Below, in pieces: positions 18,171 through 24,988 of a stretch of 24,988 nucleotides of DNA. The position numbers and the translations under genes are program-made. The notes under the pieces were generated by a model. That model saw only the letters and a program-made list of their open reading frames with translations. It made no database searches and was not told the DNA's origin. The stretch is from NCBI GenBank assembly GCA_007116525.1, contig SKIH01000069.1:1-24988 (forward strand), given 5' to 3'. Within the stretch, counting starts at the first letter, position 1. Every line of letters begins with the position of its first letter. The DNA is from Bacilli bacterium. Its GTDB lineage: Bacteria; Bacillota_I; Bacilli_A; RF39; UBA660.

Positions 18171-19824
18171 AAACACTTCCTCCTATAAACTCTCTTAATA
18201 TTGAATCTCCTGGCACTACTTCACTTGGTAGTGGTAAGAAATTCCTCAAAAATTTTAGTAATCTTATAGCCTCATTATACATCGGGTCATCTTCTGATAT
18301 AGTATACAAAAGTGGCTCTGCATATATTTTCAAAACACTTATTTCATATACTAAAGATGAATTTATTATAGCATCTACATCTCTTTGAAAAGGATAAATG
18401 AAAAGTTCTTCACCCTCACTTATTTTTTCCCACATTCTAAGAGTATCAGCTGCAGTATAACCTCTATATTTATTATCTCTAACTATTCTTCTTAATTTTC
18501 TAACATCAGTTGCATGAACTCTATTATGATTATCTATATTTATATGTGTAAGAGGACTTATAAATATTTTATATTTATTTTTACTATCTATCGTTAAGGT
18601 CATCTGATCATTCAGTGCATGAAGGCCTTCTACGATAATAACATCATCCTCTTTAATTTTTAAACTTCTATCTTTATACTCTCGCTCTCCTGTCAAAAAG
18701 TTGTATTCAGGCAGCAAAACCGTTTCGCCTTCTAATAATTTTGTCATATGTTTATTAAATAGATCTATATCTATTGCGTTAACAGACTCAAAGTCCAAAT
18801 TACCATTCTTATCTCTTGGTGTATCACTTCTATTATGAAAATAATCATCTATTGAAACTTGATGGGTTCTAAGACCTCGACTATTTAAATATGTCTCAAG
18901 CCTTTTTGACGTGGTAGTCTTACCGCTTGATGTCGGACCTGCTAATAAAACTATTTTAATATCGTCATGGTGTTTATATATTTTATCTGCAATAGTGCCT
19001 AGTTGCTCTTCATAGTAAGTTTCACAAATATTAACAAAACTTCTATATTTTCCTTTTGATATTAATTTATTCAAATCAGGAGCATTACTAACACCAATAA
19101 ACTTACCCCAATCAGTATACTTTATATATGAATCAAATAATATATCATTATGATCATAATTTTTTGTTTTTTCTGGACTATTGGTATCAGGATAGTTAAT
19201 TACAAAACCAATATCGCTAGTTTTAGCAAATTTAAACTCATCTATAACACCTGTATTGTCAGCTAAATCAATGAAGAAATAATCGTAATAATCTTCTAAC
19301 TTAAATAACGTTATATAACTATTACTTATATATTTAAGCAAATTGACTTTATCCATTTGTTTTTTCGATTTAAAGTGATCTATTGCCTCTATTCGAGAAA
19401 CTTGCATTTTTTCAATGCTTATAGCTTTACTTGCTAATGTTTCAATTTCTTCCTTTATCTTTCTTAACACTCCATCTGTTACAACTTCGCCTATAAGTTC
19501 ACAATAAACACCTTTATCCATAGAATGTTCAATAATTATTTCAACTTCTTCACCTAAAACTTTTTTTATAGCAACTACAAGCATAAAATGAAGAGTTCGC
19601 TCATATACTGTGTTACCTACTTTAGATGTTCTATCATAAAAATTTATAACTTGGTTAGATTGCACTTTTTCACTCAAGTGACAAATAGTATTTTTAACAG
19701 AAGCTACTAAAATCGGAAATTCATATCTATTTTGGAAATCTTTAGAAACATCTTTCAAGCTAGTACCATAGCTGTACTCTTTATAATCGACATTGTTGTA
19801 ATTTATTCTAACTTTCCCCTTCAT
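18160..19824 (-). CDS. Nucleoside (uridine) kinase-family P-loop protein with ThrRS-like N-terminal domains
   Basis: N-terminal TGS-like and ThrRS N2-like region (EHSMDKGVYCE, LYF/DYYDYFF), then AGPTSSGKTT, ISIDDYF, DFESVNAID, IVEGLHALN, LRRIVRD, SILREFIGGS. Confidence 0.85.
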   Translation of the reverse strand: MKGKVRINYNNVDYKEYSYGTSLKDVSKDFQNRYEFPILVASVKNTICHLSEKVQSNQVINFYDRTSKVGNTVYERTLHFMLVVAIKKVLGEEVEIIIEHSMDKGVYCELIGEVVTDGVLRKIKEEIETLASKAISIEKMQVSRIEAIDHFKSKKQMDKVNLLKYISNSYITLFKLEDYYDYFFIDLADNTGVIDEFKFAKTSDIGFVINYPDTNSPEKTKNYDHNDILFDSYIKYTDWGKFIGVSNAPDLNKLISKGKYRSFVNICETYYEEQLGTIADKIYKHHDDIKIVLLAGPTSSGKTTTSKRLETYLNSRGLRTHQVSIDDYFHNRSDTPRDKNGNLDFESVNAIDIDLFNKHMTKLLEGETVLLPEYNFLTGEREYKDRSLKIKEDDVIIVEGLHALNDQMTLTIDSKNKYKIFISPLTHINIDNHNRVHATDVRKLRRIVRDNKYRGYTAADTLRMWEKISEGEELFIYPFQRDVDAIINSSLVYEISVLKIYAEPLLYTISEDDPMYNEAIRLLKFLRNFLPLPSEVVPGDSILREFIGGSVYEN

Positions 19825-19857
19825 TTTATAACCCCTATTCTATATTATAATTTTAAC

Positions 19858-19886
19858 AAAAAAAAAGTGTTTTGTCACACTTTTTT
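19858..19886 (-). terminator. Intrinsic terminator of ezrA
   Basis: AAAAAAGTGT-GACAAA-ACACTTTTTTTTT, beginning at the stop codon. Confidence 0.7.
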
Positions 19887-21600
19887 AATCTTCATCATAA
19901 AATGATAATAACTTTTCATAAATACCTGGTTCAATACGATTTAATGCATTAATTGTAACTTCTAAAGACTTATTATAATCTCCTTTATAAAATAGAGATT
20001 CCGATATAGTTAGGTTTCTATCTAAATCTTCAGTGTTAGTTCTATATCTATTACCATAAACAATAGCCATCTCACAAAATTTAGCAGTCTTCATAAGTTC
20101 CTTAGTTTTTGCAAAAAGTTTTAACGATAAATCACGTGCAGTATCAACTCTAGTATTCAAAACACTAATGGTAATAGGCATTTTCTTAAGTTCCTTAACT
20201 ACCTCTTTTATAGCATCTTGAGCTTCATTCAATTCAACAAAATAACTTTTCGGAATAACTGGAAAGTTATATTCTCTAATTTTATTTTTAGATTCTTTAA
20301 GAATTTGCTTAACTTCTTCAAGTTGTTGCCTAGCTCTAACTTCGTCTTCTCTCATACTTCCAATAGCATCAAGAGAGTTATCTAGTCTATTTTCAATTTC
20401 AACAAGTCTAACTTTTAAATCATCTATTTCATTTGTTAATTTAGAATACGCAAATGTATTATTGCTAGTATGATCAAGTAGTAACTTGTAATCTTTATTT
20501 AATTGATCAACATCTTTATTTACTTCTTCTAACAGTTCCATGTCCTCATCTGAAAAATTATAAACGTTTTTAATATCTCCAATTTGAGAATAAATTTCTT
20601 TAAGTAAGTTATTTATTTTATCTAATTTCTCTTTGAAAGTTTTATTCGCCTCTTCATACGTTGTTCTATTAATCTTTTCTCTTTCAAAATCATCAAACAC
20701 ACCATCAAAGTATTCTAGTAATAACTTTAACTCAAAAAGACTATCCTCTAAATTAAGAATATTTGCCCTAGTTAAAATATCGCTCATTTTCTTTTTTGCT
20801 TCTTCGATATTATACTCGATATTTAAATAATCTAACGGGTAACCGTCATCAACCATAGAATAATAAACTTTTTCAACTTCATTTATTTTCTTTGGTATTA
20901 AATCATTTGCAAGCATGTCGATACTTGGAACTTCTTCAACTACTACTTCCATATGTTTAAGTAACTCATCGATTGACTTTATAATAGTAGTAACTTCACT
21001 ATATTCGTTGTTTTCCATAGCTTTTTCAAAGTCATCAAATTTATAAGCAATATTCTCAAATTGTATAGACACCGGTTTTTTAATTGAACCAAAGTCCGAC
21101 TCAGTATCTTTAAAAGTTTTATATAACTCTCTATACCTAGATTTTAAACTTGTAATAATAGATCTGTTTTTTTCTTCACATGTAGTAATCTCTTTTATTT
21201 CTTCTAACAACTTTGTTGCCGATTCTCTAACTCTATAAATTTCCATCTCAAGTTTTACAACTTTATGAGTTGCCATTTTATGTCCATTTTGATTTATGGA
21301 ATGCTCGGTTTCTAATAATAAATCCGAAATTTTTGGTAACTGGTCATTTTTTATTAAGTCTAATCTATCTTTCCAATTGTTATACTTGCTTTCTAACTTT
21401 TCATTTTTTAAAAACGAGTCTATTTTTGCAAGTTCTGATTGTATCGGTGTACCTTCTATATCATTTTTTTGTATTTCTAGCTTCTCCAAGTTTTGTTTCA
21501 CTCTTTTATTTGAAATACTTTGTATTATGTTTAAAACAATAATAATTAAAATGATAGCAAGTAAAAACATTGAAAATATGAATAACATAATAGCGTCCAT
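19885..21600 (-). CDS. ezrA: Septation ring formation regulator EzrA
   Basis: N-terminal TM helix, long coiled-coil body, C-terminal IVYGNRYR (QNR-patch equivalent) and AE/SESLFYKGDYNKSLE; divergent from rpsD as in Bacillus. Start at 21600 follows a GAGGTG SD. Confidence 0.88.
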   Translation of the reverse strand: MDAIMLFIFSMFLLAIILIIIVLNIIQSISNKRVKQNLEKLEIQKNDIEGTPIQSELAKIDSFLKNEKLESKYNNWKDRLDLIKNDQLPKISDLLLETEHSINQNGHKMATHKVVKLEMEIYRVRESATKLLEEIKEITTCEEKNRSIITSLKSRYRELYKTFKDTESDFGSIKKPVSIQFENIAYKFDDFEKAMENNEYSEVTTIIKSIDELLKHMEVVVEEVPSIDMLANDLIPKKINEVEKVYYSMVDDGYPLDYLNIEYNIEEAKKKMSDILTRANILNLEDSLFELKLLLEYFDGVFDDFEREKINRTTYEEANKTFKEKLDKINNLLKEIYSQIGDIKNVYNFSDEDMELLEEVNKDVDQLNKDYKLLLDHTSNNTFAYSKLTNEIDDLKVRLVEIENRLDNSLDAIGSMREDEVRARQQLEEVKQILKESKNKIREYNFPVIPKSYFVELNEAQDAIKEVVKELKKMPITISVLNTRVDTARDLSLKLFAKTKELMKTAKFCEMAIVYGNRYRTNTEDLDRNLTISESLFYKGDYNKSLEVTINALNRIEPGIYEKLLSFYDED

Positions 21601-21672
21601 TTCTACCACCTCATATAATAATAATATCATAAAATCAACATTTTTACACCTTTTTTTCTTTCCCTCTTTAGG

Positions 21673-21701
21673 TTGACTATTGAAGGCAAAACATATATAA
21701 T
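21673..21701 (+). promoter_or_regulatory. sigmaA promoter of rpsD (TTGACT-17-TATAAT)
   Basis: Near-consensus motif with exact spacing. Confidence 0.75.
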
Positions 21702-21707
21702 TGTTTA

Positions 21708-21869
21708 TGCGTATTCATTAGCAGCGTTAACTTGAAAATAGTAACGTGTTTATTACCTAGATGGTTATTTGAGTAACTTGTGCTGCAAAGCGAAAATTCA
21801 AAAATAAACACCCTATTATTTGGCGAGTTAACCTCAATGTTTAAGCAAAAATTATTGAGGAGGGATTAT
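21708..21869 (+). promoter_or_regulatory. Structured rpsD 5' leader, probably an S4 autoregulatory element
   Basis: GCAGC/GCTGC pairing with GTAACTTG and GCGAA as I recall from the Bacillus rpsD leader, plus further complementary segments. Confidence 0.65.
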
Positions 21870-22472
21870 ATGTCAAGATACACTGGTCCGATTTATAGAA
21901 AAGCAAGAAAATTTGGTTTTTCTATAACAGAAACTGGAAAAGAGCTTGCTAAAAAGCCTTATAAACCAGGTCAACACGGACAAAAAAGAAGTGGAAAACT
22001 TTCTGATTATGGTATACAACTTCAGGAAAAACAAAAAGTTAGATTCATGTACGGTCTTAGCGAAAGACAATTCAAAAGAACATTTGAAGATGCTGCTAAG
22101 TTAAAAGGCGTTCATGGTGAAGATTTCTTGAGATTATTAGAAAGCCGTTTAGATAACGTAGTTTATCGTTTAGGTTTTGCTAATACAAGAAGAGGTTCTA
22201 GACAATTAGTAAACCATGGTCACATTTTAGTTAATGGTAAAAAAGTTGATATTCCATCATACAGAGTTCAATTGGGCGACGTAGTAAGTATTAAAGAAAA
22301 GTCACATGAACATCCAAGCGTTAAAGCTTCATTAGAAGCTACAAACCAAAGAGTTGATTTTGTTACTTTCGATGATACAAAACTTGAAGGTACTTTAGTA
22401 AGATTACCTGAGAGAAGCGAATTAAACGCTGATATTAACGAAGCATTAATTGTTGAATATTACAACAGATAA
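21870..22472 (+). CDS. rpsD: 30S ribosomal protein S4 (200 aa)
   Basis: [56 protein letters not shown] at 21857-21863. Confidence 0.98.
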   Translation: MSRYTGPIYRKARKFGFSITETGKELAKKPYKPGQHGQKRSGKLSDYGIQLQEKQKVRFMYGLSERQFKRTFEDAAKLKGVHGEDFLRLLESRLDNVVYRLGFANTRRGSRQLVNHGHILVNGKKVDIPSYRVQLGDVVSIKEKSHEHPSVKASLEATNQRVDFVTFDDTKLEGTLVRLPERSELNADINEALIVEYYNR

Positions 22473-22473
22473 C

Positions 22474-22504
22474 AAAAAAAATACGTTTATAACGTATTTT
22501 TTTT
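22474..22504. terminator. Bidirectional intrinsic terminator between convergent rpsD and tyrS
   Basis: A8-TACGTT-TAT-AACGTA-T8 perfect inverted repeat. Confidence 0.8.
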
Positions 22505-23729
22505 ATTGCCATTTTATCAGAGCATATTTCTTTTTTCCTCTTTTTAAAACACACACTCTACCCTTTAGCATTTCGTCAGTGGTGATTTTCTTATCAAGAT
22601 CAATCTCTTTTTCTCCATTAACTTTAACTGATCCATTTTTGATAAACTCTCTAGCTTCTCTATTACTACTAGCAAGTTTAGATAAAACTAAACAATCTAC
22701 TAAAGATTTTGATTCATCAAGAACGATCGAATCAACACCTTTAAAGGCTGCTAGTAACTCTTCTAAAGTTAATGTTTCGTATTTTTCTTCAAATAAAACA
22801 TCTGTTATATTCAAAGCTTTATCTAATTCTTTTTGTCCATGAATATCTCTAACTACATTTTCCGCTAAGGCTTTATGAGGTTTTCTTAAATGTGGTTCTT
22901 CTCTTAGTGAAGTCTCTAACTCATCGATTTCTGTTTTTGTTAAAAAAGTGAATTTCTTTAAATAATCTATAACTTTTTCATCACTAGCGTTAAAGAAAAA
23001 CTGATATAGCTCATAACTAGAAGTTTTATTTTTATCTAACCAAATAGTTGCACCTTCGCTTTTACCTATTTTAGAACCATCCGAGTTTGTCATTAATGGA
23101 TAAGTCATACCAAAAGCTTGTACCCCAATCTTTTTTCTTATTAATTCAACTCCCGAAGTAACGTTGCCCCATTGGTCTTGTCCGCCAATTTGGAGTGTGC
23201 AATTTTCATTTTCGTATAAGTGAAGGAAATCAAGGGCTTGCATAATCATATATGAAAATTCGGTATAAGTTATACCAATTTCAAGCCTACTCTTAACAAC
23301 ATCTTTTGCAAGCATATAAGGGACTGGAAAATACTTTCCATAATCTCTTAAATAATCGATAAAATTAATATCCTTACACCAATCATAATTGTTAACCACT
23401 TTAAAACCAAAAAGTTCCTCGATTTGAGATTTCAATGCATTGAAATTACTCTCAATTACTTCTTTTGACACAATAGGTCTTTCAGAACTTGGACGCGGGT
23501 CACCAATCAAACCAGTAGCTCCTCCTACTAATATAATAGGATTATGTCCATGTTTTTCAAGTCTTTTTGCTAAAATCAAAAACATTAAATGACCCACATG
23601 CAAACTATTTGCAGTCGGATCAGTTCCGATATAAAAAGTTAATTTTTCATTATTTAACTTACCTACCAAATCATCGCTCGTTTTGTCAGCAACCATACCT
23701 CTATATTTTAATTCTTCAAACAAATTCAT
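22503..23729 (-). CDS. tyrS: Tyrosine-tRNA ligase
   Basis: GTDPTANSLHVGH (HIGH), GGATGLIGDP, QIGGQDQWGN, KIGKS (KMSKS), and C-terminal S4-like domain. Start 23729 lies 8 nt from AGGAGG. Confidence 0.97.
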   Translation of the reverse strand: MNLFEELKYRGMVADKTSDDLVGKLNNEKLTFYIGTDPTANSLHVGHLMFLILAKRLEKHGHNPIILVGGATGLIGDPRPSSERPIVSKEVIESNFNALKSQIEELFGFKVVNNYDWCKDINFIDYLRDYGKYFPVPYMLAKDVVKSRLEIGITYTEFSYMIMQALDFLHLYENENCTLQIGGQDQWGNVTSGVELIRKKIGVQAFGMTYPLMTNSDGSKIGKSEGATIWLDKNKTSSYELYQFFFNASDEKVIDYLKKFTFLTKTEIDELETSLREEPHLRKPHKALAENVVRDIHGQKELDKALNITDVLFEEKYETLTLEELLAAFKGVDSIVLDESKSLVDCLVLSKLASSNREAREFIKNGSVKVNGEKEIDLDKKITTDEMLKGRVCVLKRGKKKYALIKWQ

Positions 23730-23750
23730 TTTCATTTCCTCCTTTTAAAC

Positions 23751-23952
23751 AAAAAAACATTATGTCTAAGGACGAATAATCGCGGTACCACCTTAGTTCA
23801 TAATGCTTATGCTCTCTTACTTTTAACGCAAGTTACTCGATTTGACTCAAGAAGTGTAATTCATTTAATCATTTTTAAACACTTACATCAACCGTGTTCT
23901 TTCTTTGAAAATTTGATTAAACTACTTCGCATCCTTCAACGCCAATTAACTA
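23751..23952 (-). promoter_or_regulatory. Tyr T-box riboswitch leader
   Basis: Stem I (TTTAATCA/TGATTAAA, AG bulge, distal loop), loop E AGTA/GAA, specifier UAC at 23858-23856, GCGTTA stem IIA motif, and T-box AACTAAGGTGGTACCGCG with a perfect antiterminator. Confidence 0.92.
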
Positions 23953-23958
23953 TGATTA

Positions 23959-23986
23959 ATTATAGCACTATTTAAAATAATGTCAA
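23959..23986 (-). promoter_or_regulatory. sigmaA promoter of tyrS (TTGACA-16-TATAAT with extended TG)
   Basis: Perfect hexamers; the -35 overlaps the rbfA TGA. Confidence 0.8.
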
Positions 23987-24318
23987 TTGTTTAATGATTC
24001 AATTATTTTTTCTATTTTATTTCCATAGTCAATTGACTCATCATATATAAAGTTTAATTCAGGTATATGCTTCATGTCATGTCTTTCAAACAATTTAGCT
24101 TTTATGAAGCCTTTTGCTTTATTTAAAGACTCAATAATTTCATCTTTTTCATCATCATTTAAAACTCTAACATAAACTTTTGCACTACTTAAATCTCCAG
24201 CAACTTTTACATCTGTAATAGTTGCTTCTTTTAATTTCTTATCTTTTACTTCACTTGCTAAAATCATACTGATTTCTCTCATGAAACTTTTATTTAAACG
24301 TTCAACTTTAAGACTCAT
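23983..24318 (-). CDS. rbfA: Ribosome-binding factor A
   Basis: REISMIL..EVKD, ITDVKVAGDLSSAKVY, PELNFIYDESIDYG; follows infB. Confidence 0.95.
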   Translation of the reverse strand: MSLKVERLNKSFMREISMILASEVKDKKLKEATITDVKVAGDLSSAKVYVRVLNDDEKDEIIESLNKAKGFIKAKLFERHDMKHIPELNFIYDESIDYGNKIEKIIESLNN

Positions 24319-24325
24319 ATAACCA

Positions 24326-24988
24326 CTACCTTTCTACTTCAACGAGCTCATAAGATTCTATAATATCTCCTTGTTTTACATCATTGTAGTTCTCGATTGT
24401 AATTCCGCACTCGAGTCCTTTTTTAGCTTCTTTAACACTATCTTTTTCCCTTTGAATAGAAGAAATAGAACCATCGTATACAACAATATCGTCTCTAATC
24501 ACTCTTGCTTTAGAGTTGCTTTTAACTTTCCCGTCCAGAACATAACTACCTGCTATTGTTCCAACTTTAGAAAACTTAAATAGTTGTCGCACTTCTGCAG
24601 TTCCTAAAACTCTTTCTTCAAATACTGGTTCCAACATACCTTTCATAGCATGTTCCATATCTTCAACAATTTTATAAATTATATTATATAGCCTTATTTC
24701 AACTCCGTTGTGTTTAGCATAATCTTGTATTTTTTTATTAGGTCTTACGTTAAACCCAACAATAATAGCATTCGACGCTTTTGCTAAAACAATATCACTT
24801 TCGGTAATTCCACCTACACTACTTCTAACAACATTTATCCTAACCTCATCTAACTCTAGTTTTTCTAATGTTGCTTTTATAGCCTCAGCACTACCATGAA
24901 CATCCGCTTTAACTAAAACGTTAACTTCCTTAGCGCCTTCTTTAATTTTAGAAAATACATCTTCCAAACTAATAGACGTTGATTTTGG
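24326..24988 (-). CDS. infB: Translation initiation factor IF-2, C-terminal part (5' end outside the window)
   Basis: VKADVHGSAEA, VGGITESD, IVGFNVR, IRLYNIIY, AEVRQLF, GLECGI. Frame is open to the window edge (PKSTSISLEDVF). Confidence 0.96.
   Translation of the reverse strand, partial: PKSTSISLEDVFSKIKEGAKEVNVLVKADVHGSAEAIKATLEKLELDEVRINVVRSSVGGITESDIVLAKASNAIIVGFNVRPNKKIQDYAKHNGVEIRLYNIIYKIVEDMEHAMKGMLEPVFEERVLGTAEVRQLFKFSKVGTIAGSYVLDGKVKSNSKARVIRDDIVVYDGSISSIQREKDSVKEAKKGLECGITIENYNDVKQGDIIESYELVEVER

Noticed and set aside
21780-21869. 30-codon N-terminal extension of rpsD in the ORF track
   Set aside because: S4 starts at MSRYTGP (21870) behind a strong SD; the extension lies in the RNA leader.
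78-24583. Opposite-strand or nested ORFs in the track (e.g. 78-308, 1173-1640, 4731-5024, 14363-14740, 15427-15867, 16267-16656, 21270-21676, 22450-22842, 23567-23779)
   Set aside because: They are shadows of well-supported genes with no recognisable motifs or SD; the 23567-23779 ORF starts inside the antisense of the T-box.
1-24988. CRISPR arrays, tRNA/rRNA genes, transposases, integrases, defence systems
   Set aside because: None seen; nearly all sequence is accounted for by housekeeping CDSs and short regulatory gaps.

Overview
AT-rich housekeeping region of a Bacilli/Firmicutes genome with very short intergenic gaps. TGA is used as a stop codon (prfB shift site, rbfA, ftsE), so genetic code 11, not Mycoplasma code 4. 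Wall/division genes (ftsEX, ezrA) plus compactness would fit a reduced lineage such as RF39-like Bacilli; this is inference only. All genes except rpsD are on the minus strand. In transcription order: infB (partial)-rbfA; T-box-tyrS; rpsD (+); ezrA; nucleoside kinase-gap-pilin/LamG-pgk-tpiA-Spo0A-like; dusB-RDD-lysS-His-phosphatase-ackA-nrnA; nrdD-nrdG; DUF4015 glycoside hydrolase-yutD; prfB (+1 frameshift)-yitT-ftsE-ftsX (partial). I found no mobile elements, CRISPR arrays, tRNA or rRNA genes. The main oddities are: (1) a glycolytic cluster with a type IV pilin-LamG fusion between gap and pgk and a shortened Spo0A-like regulator overlapping tpiA; (2) a Tyr T-box with no canonical terminator hairpin; (3) two LexA-like boxes at the anaerobic RNR promoter; (4) a LysRS with an atypical catalytic domain. 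All calls are by eye, without database searches or folding software.
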